NCBI GenBank assembly: GCA_965215605.1
Contig: OZ244070.1
Location: 1 to 64,000, forward strand
DNA length: 64,000 nt
Source of the DNA: an uncultured Candidatus Binatia bacterium
Lineage (GTDB): Bacteria; Desulfobacterota; Binatia; UBA9968; JAJDTQ01
Direction of reading: 5' to 3'
Shown piece by piece: positions 37,348 through 47,810 of the stretch. The notes under the pieces were generated by a model. The model did not search any database. It saw nothing but the letters and a program-made list of their open reading frames with translations, and was not told the origin of the DNA. Both the position numbers and the translations under genes were made by a program. How positions within the stretch are numbered: position 1 is the first letter of the stretch; the number at the start of each line of letters is the position of its first letter.

Positions 37348-38463
37348 ATGATACTCGCCATCGACAACGCCCTATCGGAGCAACTCCTCGACATGCGCAT
37401 GAGCCTGTCCGCCCTCGAGGAAGCCTACCGCGACCTCGGAACGGGCGCTTCCGTAACGAGCCCCCGCATCGACCTCCTCACACCCGATTCCTACGTCGAC
37501 GAGGAGGGGAACACCTTGCCGGGCGCCCACAGTCTGAAGACCATGTCGGCATCCACGCAGAAGTACGCGGCCATCCGGTTTCTCACCGACAAGCTCTTCT
37601 GGCACAAACGCGCCGGCAACTTCCGCCGCGACCGGACCCCGGGGACCCGGCGAAGTCACAGCGTCACGCGGGGCTTGCTGATGCTGTTCAGCCTGGAGAA
37701 CGGCGACCTGCTGGCCCTCGTCAGCGAAGGGCACATACGCAACCTGCGGGTGGGGGCGGCCGCCGGCCTGGCGGCCGGCTGTCTTGCCAGGGCCGACGCC
37801 TCCTCCGTCGGCGTGCTGGGCACCGGTTTCATGGCCGGTGCCCACCTCGACGCCATGCTGAACGCGCTTGAAGGGATCAAGTCGGTGCGGGTGTTCAGCC
37901 CCAACCCGGCGCATCGAGAGCGTTTCGTCGAGGACCCCCGGTGGGAATCTTGCCCGGATGTGGCCGCCGTCGACAACGCCGAGGAAGCCGTGCGCGGCAG
38001 CGGCATCGTCGTCATCGCAACCAACGCGCTTACGCCCGTGATCCAGACCGGCTGGCTGGAGCCCGGGCAATACGTCTGCTCCGTGCGCCACTGCGAGATC
38101 TCGCCGGAAACCTTCGGCCGTTTCGATGTCCTCGCGGTCAACTCCAGGGACAACCTGGGACCGACCACCCTTGTCGCCAGGAACTCGCACGGGCCGCTGC
38201 CGGAGCAGGTGCTGCTGGATATCGAGAAAGGTTATCCGCCCGGCGACGCCGTGAACATAGACTGGCGCAATACTCCCGACCTGCCGGACCTGCTGCTCAA
38301 TCGTCACCCGGGCCGGACGGACGCCGAGCAGGTCACCTGCTTCAACAACAGCGTCGGTTTCGGGCTCCAGTTCGCCGCCCTGGCGGGGAAGGTCTACGAG
38401 GCGGCCGTGAGCCGGGGAGTCGGGCGCGAGATACCGGAAGACCTGTTTCCGGATCTGTTCTAG
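37348..38463 (+). CDS. Ornithine cyclodeaminase/mu-crystallin family protein
   Basis: LRVGAAAG, GVLGTGFMA, IATNA, PGRT..QVTCFNNSVGFGLQFAA. Confidence 0.85.
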   Translation: MILAIDNALSEQLLDMRMSLSALEEAYRDLGTGASVTSPRIDLLTPDSYVDEEGNTLPGAHSLKTMSASTQKYAAIRFLTDKLFWHKRAGNFRRDRTPGTRRSHSVTRGLLMLFSLENGDLLALVSEGHIRNLRVGAAAGLAAGCLARADASSVGVLGTGFMAGAHLDAMLNALEGIKSVRVFSPNPAHRERFVEDPRWESCPDVAAVDNAEEAVRGSGIVVIATNALTPVIQTGWLEPGQYVCSVRHCEISPETFGRFDVLAVNSRDNLGPTTLVARNSHGPLPEQVLLDIEKGYPPGDAVNIDWRNTPDLPDLLLNRHPGRTDAEQVTCFNNSVGFGLQFAALAGKVYEAAVSRGVGREIPEDLFPDLF

Positions 38464-40142
38464 CGGTCGGGCTGGACGTCACTGGCCGGCGGCGGCACCA
38501 GCGGTGTTGCGATGGGCTCCGTCCACAGGCGCCGCCCTCCCTTTTCCTTCTCGATCAGTATCCAGTTCAGCCACGCCTCGTCGTCCCGGCCGGGATAGTC
38601 CTCCCGCATGTGGCTCATGCGGCTCTCCTGGCGCATCAGCGACGCTTCCAGCATCAACCGGGCCGTCTCCACCATGCAACGGGTTTCCCGCAGCCGCACG
38701 AAGCCGTGGACGTGGGCCGCGCGGCTTCGTGCGCCGCGCTCCTCGATGGCATCCAACTCCCGCAGCGCCCGCCGCAGGCGCGATTCGTGCTTCAGCACCG
38801 AAACCTCGTACGGGAAGATGAGGGTCTGGAGCGCGCGGAGGATCTCGTCGTCGATCTTCTCGTCTCCGTCGCGCCAGCCGGCCAGGGTCTCCGCTTTCAA
38901 CGACCGGGCATTGCCCTCGGCCACCCGGGGCGCACCCAGCCGGCGGGTGTCGTCCGCGGCGCTCTTGCCGGCAATCCAACCGGTGCCGTTGCAGGCGCCG
39001 ATATGGAACCCGGCGAAATAGCTCGCGCAGCTCGCCTGCACCAGCCCCGCCGCCAGCAGGCCAGGAACGGAAGAACGGCACGCTGGGTCGGTCTTGATTC
39101 CCAGCTTGGTCATCTGGAACAGGGGGTAGTACTCGGTCTTGCCAAACATGTCGATGCGGGCCCGGTCGCCGAGCTTGCGAAAGAAGTAGTCCATCCATGC
39201 CACCGAGCTCTGGAGGTACTGCCCGCGCTCCTCTTCCGGCATCAGCGACATATCCAGGTAGAGGGGCGTCCTTCCCGCCTTCTTTTCCCGGACCATGGCC
39301 TTGCTCAGCGCCTGCACGTCGGCCCGGTCGGCCCAGTCGGGCTCGTACCGTTCCATGAACGGCTCGCCTTGGGCGTTGACGAACTTGGCGCCGTCCTGGA
39401 TGGCGAAGGTGATGCCCTCGAAGTAGAACTTGGGTGTTCCCGGACGCAGATAGCCGAACTCCGCGTTGGTCAGAACCGCGCCGGCGTCATAGGCCAGTTG
39501 CGTGCCGGTGCCGGTGAGGTCACGGACGAAGCCGGCGCGAAACGTCACGCTGTTGGTGGCCAGGACCGTGGCACCGGCGCGGATGATGACGAACTCGCCG
39601 GTGCGTCCGTCGACGCCGAAGGCGCCGGTGACGCGCCCGCCGTCATCCCGCGCCAGATCCGTGACGAAAACCCGTTCCACGAACTCCACGTCCTCCGCCT
39701 CCAGCGCCCGGCGCAGGCGCCAGCAGTACTCCAGTCCGCCGCCGTCCGGCTTGAGCACCTTGGTAACCTTGAGCCCGCGGGTGGGGCGGCGGATGAACCG
39801 GCCGTCTTCCTTGGGGAACACGAGCCCCATCTTCTCCAGCTCCAGCAACTGGAAGTGCGAGACCGTCAGAACGTCGCGGATGAGCTCCTGCTCGGCGATC
39901 CACTCGTTCCCTTCCACGATGTCGCGCACGCAGGCGTCGAGGTCGTCGTCGGGCGTCACAACCACCATCCAGGCGTTGGAGAAGGCCGTGTGGCCGGTAC
40001 GCCCCACCATGTGGGCGTCCAATAGCGTGACACGCCCGTCCGGAAGGTGCCGCTTGGCGCTCAGCGCGGCCCAGAGCCCGCCGGCGCCCGCGCCCACCAC
40101 CAGCACGTCGGTGTCGATGAGTTTGCCGATCTTTTCGAGCAT
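38460..40142 (-). CDS. FAD-binding flavoprotein of the SdhA/NadB/AprA family
   Basis: DTDVLVVGAGAGG, LTGTG..LAYDAGA, SSVPGLLAAG, ASLMRQESR..HMREDYP..DD..WL. Confidence 0.85.
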   Translation of the reverse strand: MLEKIGKLIDTDVLVVGAGAGGLWAALSAKRHLPDGRVTLLDAHMVGRTGHTAFSNAWMVVVTPDDDLDACVRDIVEGNEWIAEQELIRDVLTVSHFQLLELEKMGLVFPKEDGRFIRRPTRGLKVTKVLKPDGGGLEYCWRLRRALEAEDVEFVERVFVTDLARDDGGRVTGAFGVDGRTGEFVIIRAGATVLATNSVTFRAGFVRDLTGTGTQLAYDAGAVLTNAEFGYLRPGTPKFYFEGITFAIQDGAKFVNAQGEPFMERYEPDWADRADVQALSKAMVREKKAGRTPLYLDMSLMPEEERGQYLQSSVAWMDYFFRKLGDRARIDMFGKTEYYPLFQMTKLGIKTDPACRSSVPGLLAAGLVQASCASYFAGFHIGACNGTGWIAGKSAADDTRRLGAPRVAEGNARSLKAETLAGWRDGDEKIDDEILRALQTLIFPYEVSVLKHESRLRRALRELDAIEERGARSRAAHVHGFVRLRETRCMVETARLMLEASLMRQESRMSHMREDYPGRDDEAWLNWILIEKEKGGRRLWTEPIATPLVPPPASDVQPDR

Positions 40143-40159
40143 CCGGTGTCCTGTCCGGG

Positions 40160-40378
40160 CTACCAGGGAAGCGGGCGACGCCTGACGATGGGGTGGACGT
40201 CGATGCACTGTACGGGGCAGAAGATCTCGCAATTGAAGCAGGTGACGCAGTGCTCCACGTGCTTGAGGACCGGGACCTGCCGGCCGCCGTGCTCTTCCAT
40301 GTGGATGATGTCCGCCGGGCACACCGGGTCGCAGTCCCCGCAGCTCGTGCACTTCTCGAGGTCGATGTCGATGATCAT
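40160..40378 (-). CDS. 2x[4Fe-4S] ferredoxin (AprB-like)
   Basis: CTSCGDCDPVCP and CVTCFNCEIFCP. Confidence 0.9.
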   Translation of the reverse strand: MIIDIDLEKCTSCGDCDPVCPADIIHMEEHGGRQVPVLKHVEHCVTCFNCEIFCPVQCIDVHPIVRRRPLPW

Positions 40379-40418
40379 GACGGAGCCGGCAACGATGCGC
40401 GACGCTCGGGCTCGGCGT

Positions 40419-41393
40419 TCAGGTATCCAGGCCGAGCAGCCCGGCCGCGGTGCCGCCCATGATCGCGTCCTTGTCGGCGTCGGTCAACGGCAGGCCCCGG
40501 ATGGCGTCGATGTAGTCCCGCAGCGCGGTCATTCCCTTGCCGGTGTCGGTGCTGACGCCGGTGAAGTCCTGGGGGTAGTCGGTGGCGAACACCAGCCGGT
40601 CGGGCCGGATTCCCTGAAGGGCGCAGCCCAGGGCGACGGCGCCCCCCTCGAAGCCGGCCATGTCGAAATAGAGCATGTCGAAGTAGTGCTCGAAGGGCTT
40701 GTCGAGGGTGCCGAAGCGGTAGGCCTTGGCCACGAGCCGGTCCTTCACGCCGGCGATGCCGCCGCCGAAGTGGCCGATGACGAATTTCAGGCTGGGGAAT
40801 CGCTCCAGCACGCCGCCCGCCACGATGCGGGTGGCGGCCACGGCCAGATCCACCTCGCGTCCGAGGATGCGGGCGAGATCGTAGTCCAGCAGCAGGCCAT
40901 AGCCTTCCGGGACCATGGCGGGATGGATGAAGATGGGCACGTCGAGGGCGCTGACCGTTTCGTAGAACGGGTAAAGCTGCTCCGAGTCCAGCGGCAGGCC
41001 CCGGAACTGGGAGGTGGTGGCGACGCCATGGAGGCCGAGACCGCCGATGGCCCGGTGGAACTCCGCCATGGCCTCCGGGCCGCCCAGCAGAGGCGCTTGG
41101 GCCAGTCCCACGAAACGCCCCGGATAGCGCCGTTGCAGCTCCGCCAAGCTGTCGTTGATGGCGCGGTTGTCCTCCAGCGTGGCGTCCCAGCCCAGCAGAC
41201 ACGACAGCACGGATACGTCCACGCCGGCCTCGTCCATGTCCCGGAGCTGCATCTCGGCGTCGTAGAGCCGCGCGTGCATGGTCAGCCGCGGCACGCCCGT
41301 ATCCAGCTTGGCGAACAACGGCTCCTCCGAGTAGAGCCCGTGCTTCTGGGCGATCTCCCTGGGCACGTAGTGGTGCTGGAAGTCGACGATCAT
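40419..41393 (-). CDS. Amidohydrolase_2 family protein (ACMSD-like)
   Basis: DFQHH, IFIHP, IGHFGG, LYFD, VFATDYP. Confidence 0.88.
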   Translation of the reverse strand: MIVDFQHHYVPREIAQKHGLYSEEPLFAKLDTGVPRLTMHARLYDAEMQLRDMDEAGVDVSVLSCLLGWDATLEDNRAINDSLAELQRRYPGRFVGLAQAPLLGGPEAMAEFHRAIGGLGLHGVATTSQFRGLPLDSEQLYPFYETVSALDVPIFIHPAMVPEGYGLLLDYDLARILGREVDLAVAATRIVAGGVLERFPSLKFVIGHFGGGIAGVKDRLVAKAYRFGTLDKPFEHYFDMLYFDMAGFEGGAVALGCALQGIRPDRLVFATDYPQDFTGVSTDTGKGMTALRDYIDAIRGLPLTDADKDAIMGGTAAGLLGLDT

Positions 41394-41405
41394 GGAAACC
41401 CCCGG

Positions 41406-42494
41406 TTACGGCGACGGCGAATAACCCTTGTCCAGCCACTCGCCCAGGTCCGCGCCGAACCACTCGGTAGGCAGCTCGCGGCCCAGGCCCCTCTTCTTGC
41501 ACTCCTCGTAGATCACTGCGCCGGCGGCGGCGAACTGGATGCCGACGCCCGTGTTGCTCTTGTAGTAGATGATCTCGTCGTCGTTCTTGCGCCCGGGGTT
41601 CTCGCCGATGAGCACCTGCCCCAGCTCGCAGATGTTGTCCCAGCTAATCTTTCCCTCGTCGATGAGATCGAGCATCTCCCGCTGCTGGTTGGTAAGCGAG
41701 GTCTGCCTGTTGTTGAGCACGATGAGATCGGCCCGGAGGAAGGTGGCGGCGTCGGCTTCGGTGCGGCGGTGCACGCCGTCGCTGTTGACGATGGTAGTGA
41801 CCAACTGACCGGGCACCAGCCAGTCGCCGTCGAACACCGGCGTGCTGGCGTTGGTGGCGCACATGACGATGTCCGCGCCCTCCACCACCGCCCTGGCGTT
41901 GTCCACCGGCCGCACCTGGATGTCCAGCTTGCCGGTCATCTCCATGGCGAACCGTTCCCGGTGCTCCTTCGTGACGCTGTAGACGCGCACCTCGCGCACG
42001 TCACGCACGGCGCAGATGGCAGCCAGGTTCTGCTCGGCCTCGTTGCCCGAGCCGAACAGCCCCACCACCCGGCTGTCCTCCCGGGACAGAGCGCGGGTGG
42101 CGACGCCGGTGGTGGCGCCGACGCGTATCGAAGACAGGCTGAAGTCGTGAATGATGGCCAGGGGCTGGGCGTCCTCGAGACTGAACAGCAGCACGAACCC
42201 CCAGCTTCGGCGCGCCGGGTACGGGTAGTCCATGCGCTTGAGCCCGTCGACAACGCGCTCCCGCACGACCATGGAGTCGTAGCGGAGCGCCGCCACCCCG
42301 GAGCTCGGCACCGCGCCGGGGATGATGTTGGCCATGTATCCGTCGGAATCGCGGTCCGGCGGTACCTTGTAGCGGGTGCGCGGCCTGTTGACGGCGATGC
42401 CCCGCGCCTCCTCGGCAAAGGCCCGCTCCATGTCGTCGATGATGTCCTCGACCCGAAGCACCTGCTTCACATCGGGATCGCTGATCAGCAGCAT
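41406..42494 (-). CDS. Ornithine cyclodeaminase/mu-crystallin family protein
   Basis: IRVGATTG, GLFGSGNEA, CATNA, PGRK..EIIYYKSNTGVGIQFAA. Confidence 0.88.
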   Translation of the reverse strand: MLLISDPDVKQVLRVEDIIDDMERAFAEEARGIAVNRPRTRYKVPPDRDSDGYMANIIPGAVPSSGVAALRYDSMVVRERVVDGLKRMDYPYPARRSWGFVLLFSLEDAQPLAIIHDFSLSSIRVGATTGVATRALSREDSRVVGLFGSGNEAEQNLAAICAVRDVREVRVYSVTKEHRERFAMEMTGKLDIQVRPVDNARAVVEGADIVMCATNASTPVFDGDWLVPGQLVTTIVNSDGVHRRTEADAATFLRADLIVLNNRQTSLTNQQREMLDLIDEGKISWDNICELGQVLIGENPGRKNDDEIIYYKSNTGVGIQFAAAGAVIYEECKKRGLGRELPTEWFGADLGEWLDKGYSPSP

Positions 42495-42646
42495 TGGCAA
42501 CTCCCCATTCGGCGCGCTCGACCCGCGGAAGCGTTCCGCCCGATTCGACGCCAGGCACCCCGCTGTCGAGCTTCCCAGTCCATGAAGAACAGTCCCTGTC
42601 TATCAGATCGGAGACACCGTGACGAGGATGCACCGCGGCGTTCGGC

Positions 42647-42676
42647 TTGCCCGCCGTCGCACCCCTCTGTTAGACT
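42647..42676 (+). promoter_or_regulatory. Putative promoter of tRNA-Lys
   Basis: TTGCCC-N18-TAGACT with extended TG. Confidence 0.45.
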
Positions 42677-42726
42677 CGAATCGGTGACGCGGCCGTCATC
42701 GGGCCGCCACTCCGCACCGCAACCGC

Positions 42727-42802
42727 GAGCCGTTAGCTCAGCAGGTAGAGCATCTGCCTTTTAAGCAGAGGGTCGCCGGTTCGATCCCGGCACGGCTCAC
42801 CA
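42727..42802 (+). tRNA. tRNA-Lys (TTT)
   Basis: Acceptor GAGCCGT/ACGGCTC, anticodon arm TCTGC-CTTTTAA-GCAGA, GGTTCGATCCC T arm, encoded CCA. Confidence 0.95.
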
Positions 42803-42921
42803 ACCATTTTATGACCCAGACCGATCGTAGAACGTCCACAAGCCGGATGATTCCTGCACCGTGGAAAGGAATCGTGCCGTTTATGGTTGTGCTGATTGTA
42901 AATCACTTTTACAATTAGCAC

Positions 42922-44085
42922 ATGTTGATTGAGCGTTCAGTCACGCGTGCCGTCATTGACGATCTCGGCCACTTCCCTGCCGTGGCCATCCTGGGGCCAA
43001 GACAGGCGGGGAAGACGACGCTGGCCAAGTCGGTCATCAAGTCGTATCCCAACGCGCGATACCTCGACCTGGAACGGCCATCCCACCTGGCGCAGTTGCA
43101 GGACGCCGAAGCACTCCTCTCCCTTCACCGCGACAAGCTGGTGTGCATCGACGAGGTGCAGATGAGGCCGGACCTGTTCCCGCTGTTGCGCGCCTTGATC
43201 GACGACCACCCGGTGCCCGGACGGTTCCTGATCCTCGGCTCGTCATCTCCCGATCTGTTGCGGCAATCATCGGAAACCCTCGCAGGCCGGCTGTCCTACG
43301 TGTACATCACGCCGTTTCTCCAGCAGGAACTGCTCCGGGCGGAGGGGGAACCGAAGGACTGGCGTACCATGCTTTGGCGCGGCGGTTTTCCGAAGAGTTT
43401 TCTGGCATCCACGGATGCGCGCAGTTTCCGCTGGCGCGAGAGCTACATTGAAGGGTTCGTCGAACGGGACCTGCGCCGGTTCGGCGTCGAGCTGAACCCG
43501 CAGTACATGCGCCGGCTGTGGCTGATGTGCTGCCACCTGCACGGGCAGATCATGAACTACTCCGCCCTCGGGCAATCCCTGGACGTGACCCACCCCACTT
43601 TGAAGCGGCACATCGACGTATTCGAGGCCGCGTTCATGATGCGCCGGCTGCCTCCGTTCGCGGTCAACACGAAGAAACGTCTGGTCAAGTCCCCCAAGCT
43701 ATACGTCCGGGACTCCGGCTTGCTCACCTCCCTGCTGGATCTGGACAGCTTCGACAAGTTGTACGGACATCCCGCCTACGGCGCTTCCTGGGAGGGCTTC
43801 GCCGTGGAGAACATCCTGGCCACGCTGCAGCCGCGGGGGATGTACGGCTTTTTCAGGACCCGCGCCGGCGAGGAGATCGATCTGGTCGTAGAGCTACAGG
43901 GAAAGCGCCTGGGGTTCGAGTTCAAGACGTCATCGAGCCCCAGGCTCACGCCCGGCAACCGGGCGGCCGCCGGGATACTGGACCTGGACAAGCTGTTTAT
44001 CGTCGTTCCCCAAGGGAGCGCGTACCCGATCGAAGCCGACCGGGTCTGGGTAACGCCCCTCGAGGAGATCGACAGACATCTCTAG
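42922..44085 (+). CDS. AAA_14 ATPase with DUF4143 (C-terminal PD-(D/E)xK-like) domain
   Basis: GPRQAGKTT, IDEVQ, LGSSS, ETLAGR, KSPKLYVRDSG, EEIDLV..FEFK. Confidence 0.9.
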   Translation: MLIERSVTRAVIDDLGHFPAVAILGPRQAGKTTLAKSVIKSYPNARYLDLERPSHLAQLQDAEALLSLHRDKLVCIDEVQMRPDLFPLLRALIDDHPVPGRFLILGSSSPDLLRQSSETLAGRLSYVYITPFLQQELLRAEGEPKDWRTMLWRGGFPKSFLASTDARSFRWRESYIEGFVERDLRRFGVELNPQYMRRLWLMCCHLHGQIMNYSALGQSLDVTHPTLKRHIDVFEAAFMMRRLPPFAVNTKKRLVKSPKLYVRDSGLLTSLLDLDSFDKLYGHPAYGASWEGFAVENILATLQPRGMYGFFRTRAGEEIDLVVELQGKRLGFEFKTSSSPRLTPGNRAAAGILDLDKLFIVVPQGSAYPIEADRVWVTPLEEIDRHL

Positions 44086-44098
44086 CCGGCGTTTCCGA

Positions 44099-44536
44099 TC
44101 AGCTCAGCGTCCACTCCTGCCCATCGATGGTCTCGCCGTCGACGCACACGTAGTCCATCTCGTCTTCCGTGCGGGGATTTTCCCCGGTGGCGTCGACTCG
44201 CCGGACGTCCTTTCGCTCCGCTTTGTAGGCGGCGAAGCGCAGCAACGCCAGGGCCGTGTCGCCGGTGCTCTCGAACTGGTAGTAGTGGCCTTCCGGCAGA
44301 AGGATGCCGTCGCCCTTCCCCAGCACCGTGGCGTTCTGGTCCTTGTCGAAGAAGGTCGCCTCGCCGTCCAGCACCACGAACATGTGGTCCTCGCCGGGGT
44401 GGGTGTGCAGCTTGTTCTTGCGGCCGGGCGCGTAGTAGTTGAGGCCGCTCATGAGCACGTCGGTCCGCACCAGCGGCATGTGGCTGCGGCCGCCGGTGAT
44501 GCAGGGCGTCTTGACGGTAAAGGTTTGGGCTCCCAT
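44099..44536 (-). CDS. Cupin domain protein
   Basis: NKLHTHPGEDHMFVVLDG, GDGILLP...YQFESTG. Confidence 0.85.
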   Translation of the reverse strand: MGAQTFTVKTPCITGGRSHMPLVRTDVLMSGLNYYAPGRKNKLHTHPGEDHMFVVLDGEATFFDKDQNATVLGKGDGILLPEGHYYQFESTGDTALALLRFAAYKAERKDVRRVDATGENPRTEDEMDYVCVDGETIDGQEWTLS

Positions 44537-44629
44537 GTTTCACCTCCTTGGGGACGGTTGATGCTCCGCGGGTTTCGTTTAGTCGCCTATCCCCTATTCG
44601 GTTAGAAATTTCAAGGTCCATTGGCTAGG

Positions 44630-45280
44630 ATGATCCGCATGGATGCGACCCACGTCATCGTGGTGCGGCACGGGGAGACCCACTGGAACACAGAGGGCCG
44701 GCGGCAGGGCCACCTGGACAGCACCCTCACGGAAAAGGGGCGCGCCCAGGCGGAAGCGCTGTCCGAGCGGTTCACACCCGACAGTTGCAGCGCCATCTAC
44801 AGCAGCGACCTCGGCCGGGCGTACGAGACCGCCAGGATCATCGCGGAGAAGACCGGGCACGAGGTGGTCCCGGACGAGCGCCTGCGCGAGCGGAACTTGG
44901 GCATCTTCCAGGGGCTCAACGGCGACGAGATCCGCGAGCGTTTCCCGGCGGAGTACGAAGAGCATCGCAACGGCGGCGCCGACCACGCGGTGCCCTCGGG
45001 AGAGAGTTTCCGGGAACAGACGACGCGGAACATGCTGTGCCTGGAAGAGCTGGTCCGGCGGCATGCCGGAGAGACCATCATGGCGGTCACCCACGGCGGC
45101 GTCCTGAGCGCGCTGTTCCGGCAAACCCTCGCCATCCCCCTGGACGCGCCCCGGCGTTTCTCGTTCAAGAACGCCAGCATCAACCTCTTCAAGTGCCAGG
45201 ACGGGGTCTGGGGGCTGGAAACCTGGGGCGACATCGCTCATCTGCAGCAACTGGGCGCCCTCGACCTGTCCTATTTCTAA
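44630..45280 (+). CDS. Histidine phosphatase / phosphoglycerate mutase family protein
   Basis: VRHGETHWN, SSDLGRA, LRE..G, GES, VTHGG, NASI. Confidence 0.9.
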   Translation: MIRMDATHVIVVRHGETHWNTEGRRQGHLDSTLTEKGRAQAEALSERFTPDSCSAIYSSDLGRAYETARIIAEKTGHEVVPDERLRERNLGIFQGLNGDEIRERFPAEYEEHRNGGADHAVPSGESFREQTTRNMLCLEELVRRHAGETIMAVTHGGVLSALFRQTLAIPLDAPRRFSFKNASINLFKCQDGVWGLETWGDIAHLQQLGALDLSYF

Positions 45281-45351
45281 TCGCAAACGCGCAAGATTGA
45301 CACGCCTACCGTCATCGGATACTTGCGTTACTGGCACGGGAAAACGACGAC

Positions 45352-46233
45352 ATGGACGAAGAAAGATCGGCAGGAGCCAGGTTCCGGCGCGCCGTGCGGG
45401 AGGAACGCCCACTCCAGATCGTCGGCGCCATCAACGCCTACTGCGCGCTGCTGGCGCAGCGGCAGGGCTTCCGCGCCCTCTACCTGTCCGGCGCGGGAGT
45501 CGCCAACGCCTCCTTCGCCCAGCCCGACCTCGGCATCACCACCCTTAACGACGTACTCGAAGACGTTCGCCGCCTCACCGCGGCGAGCCCGCTGCCGCTG
45601 CTGGTGGACATCGACACCGGCTGGGGCACGGCCTTCAACATCTCCCGCACCATACGCGAGATGATCCGGGGCGGGGCGGCCGCGGTCCACATGGAGGACC
45701 AAGTCCAGGCCAAGCGCTGCGGCCACCGGCCCAACAAGCAGATCGTCTCCACCGACGAGATGGCGGACCGCATCAAGGCGGCGGCCGACGGGCGCACCGA
45801 CGACCAGTTCGTGATCATGGCCCGCACCGACGCCTTCGCCAGCGAGGGGCTGGACGCCGCCCTGGAACGGGCGCGGCGCTACGTCGAGGCGGGAGCGGAC
45901 ATGATCTTCCCCGAAGCGGTGCACACGCTGGAGGACTACCGCGCCTTTTGCGGAAGCGCGGAGGTGCCGGTGCTGGCCAACCTCACCGAGTTCGGCAAGA
46001 CCCCGCTGTTCGGCGTGGACGAGTTGCGGGAGGCCGGAGTGGGCATGGTGCTCTATCCGCTGTCGGCGTTCCGTGCCATGAGCCAAACCGCCATGGCCGT
46101 CTACCGCACGATTCGCGAGGACGGCACCCAGAGCGGCGTGACCGACCGGATGCAGACCCGGGACCAGCTCTACGAGGTCCTCGGCTACCACGACTACGAG
46201 CAGAAGCTGGACGCGCTGTTCAGCAAGGAATAG
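45352..46233 (+). CDS. prpB: 2-methylisocitrate lyase
   Basis: [47 protein letters not shown]. Confidence 0.95.
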   Translation: MDEERSAGARFRRAVREERPLQIVGAINAYCALLAQRQGFRALYLSGAGVANASFAQPDLGITTLNDVLEDVRRLTAASPLPLLVDIDTGWGTAFNISRTIREMIRGGAAAVHMEDQVQAKRCGHRPNKQIVSTDEMADRIKAAADGRTDDQFVIMARTDAFASEGLDAALERARRYVEAGADMIFPEAVHTLEDYRAFCGSAEVPVLANLTEFGKTPLFGVDELREAGVGMVLYPLSAFRAMSQTAMAVYRTIREDGTQSGVTDRMQTRDQLYEVLGYHDYEQKLDALFSKE

Positions 46234-46252
46234 GGTCCGACCCGCCCTCGCC

Positions 46253-47704
46253 ATGACCGACTCCTCCGTGCGCGACGCCCAGCGACCCCAACCCGATGCG
46301 GTCCTCTCCGACATGGCCGCCTACGCCCTTTCCGGCGGACCGTTCCCGGACGAGGCGCGGGAGACCGCGCGCCTGTGCCTCATGGACAGCCTGGGCTGCG
46401 CGCTGGCGGCGCTGGAGTTCCCCGCGTGCACCAAGCTGCTGGGGCCGGTGGTGCCCGGCGCGGTCATGCCCGGGGGCGTGCGGGTGCCCGGCACCGCCTA
46501 CGAGCTCGACCCGGTGCAGGCCGCCTTCAACATCGGCGCCATGATCCGCTGGCTCGACTTCAACGACACCTTCCTGGCGGCGGAATGGGGACACCCTTCC
46601 GACAACCTGGGGGCCATCCTGGCAGTAGCGGACTACATCGACCGGCGCGCGGGCGGCGGCGTCACCATGGGCGACGTGCTGACGGCCATGATCAAGGCCC
46701 ACGAGATCCAGGGCGTCATCGCCTTGGAGAACAGCTTCAACCGCGTGGGGCTGGACCACGTGCTGCTGGTGCGGGTGGCCAGCACCGCGGTGGCGGCGGC
46801 CATGCTCGGCGGCGACCATGATCAGGTGGTGAACGCCCTGTCCAACGCCTGGATCGACGGCGGCGCCCTGCGCACCTACCGGCACGCGCCCAACACCGGA
46901 TCGCGCAAGAGCTGGGCCGCCGGCGACGCCGCCGGCCGCGCCGTGCGGCTGGCGCTGATGGCGCTGCAGGGAGAGATGGGCTATCCCTCGGCCCTCTCGG
47001 CCAAGGGCTGGGGCTACTACGACGTGCTCTTCAAGGGCCGCCCGTTCTCGTTCAGCCAGCCCTACGGCAGCTACGTGATGGAGAATGTGCTGTTCAAGAT
47101 CTCCTTTCCCGCGGAGTTCCACGCCCAGACCGCGGTGGAGGCGGCGCTGGAGCTGCACGGCGCGGTAAAGGACCGGCTCGGGGACGTGGAGCGCATCGTC
47201 GTCGAGACCCAGGAGGCCGGCTCCCGGATCATCGACAAGACCGGACCGCTGGACAACCCCGCGGACCGGGACCACTGCATCCAGTACATGGTGGCGGTGC
47301 CGCTGATTCACGGCCGGCTCACCGCGCAGGACTACGAGGACGAGGTCGCCCGGGACCCACGCATCGACGCGCTGCGGGACAGGATGGAGGTGCGGGAGAA
47401 CCCCGGGTTCACCGTGGACTACATGGACCCGGACAAGCGCGCCATCGGCAACGCGGTCCAGGTCCACTTCAAGGACGGCACCGCCAGCGCGCGCGTCGAG
47501 GTGCCCTACCCCATCGGCCACCGGCGGCGGCGGAGCGAGGGCGTGCCGCTGCTGCAGGAGAAGTTCGGGCGCCACTTGGCGGCGCATCTGACGCGGGAAC
47601 AGTGCGACACGATCCTCGAGGCGTGCGCTTCCCGGGACACGCTGGAGCCGATGCGGGTCGGCGCCTTCATGGACGCCTGGGTGGTGACGGGCGGAGACCG
47701 ATGA
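46253..47704 (+). CDS. prpD: 2-methylcitrate dehydratase
   Basis: [63 protein letters not shown]. Confidence 0.95.
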   Translation: MTDSSVRDAQRPQPDAVLSDMAAYALSGGPFPDEARETARLCLMDSLGCALAALEFPACTKLLGPVVPGAVMPGGVRVPGTAYELDPVQAAFNIGAMIRWLDFNDTFLAAEWGHPSDNLGAILAVADYIDRRAGGGVTMGDVLTAMIKAHEIQGVIALENSFNRVGLDHVLLVRVASTAVAAAMLGGDHDQVVNALSNAWIDGGALRTYRHAPNTGSRKSWAAGDAAGRAVRLALMALQGEMGYPSALSAKGWGYYDVLFKGRPFSFSQPYGSYVMENVLFKISFPAEFHAQTAVEAALELHGAVKDRLGDVERIVVETQEAGSRIIDKTGPLDNPADRDHCIQYMVAVPLIHGRLTAQDYEDEVARDPRIDALRDRMEVRENPGFTVDYMDPDKRAIGNAVQVHFKDGTASARVEVPYPIGHRRRRSEGVPLLQEKFGRHLAAHLTREQCDTILEACASRDTLEPMRVGAFMDAWVVTGGDR

Positions 47705-47751
47705 CGACCGCGACACCTGGACCCGTTGCGGGCGAGAAATGGGCGCACCCT

Positions 47752-47784
47752 CCGTCACTCCCGCATCCTCCCCGTCATTCCGGC
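47752..47784. repeat. Degenerate copies of the REP-like end motif
   Basis: CCGTCACTCCCGCATCC matches the reverse complement of 28389..28405 at 16/17 nt. Followed by CCGTCATTCCGGC. Confidence 0.5.
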
Positions 47785-47810
47785 CTTTCTCGTCACAAGG
47801 AGCGGTTCGA

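Noticed and set aside
35343-45307. Shared 13-mer GATTGACACGCCT at 35343 and 45295
   Set aside because: Only two copies in different gene orientations. Explicable by a TTGACA -35 box or chance.
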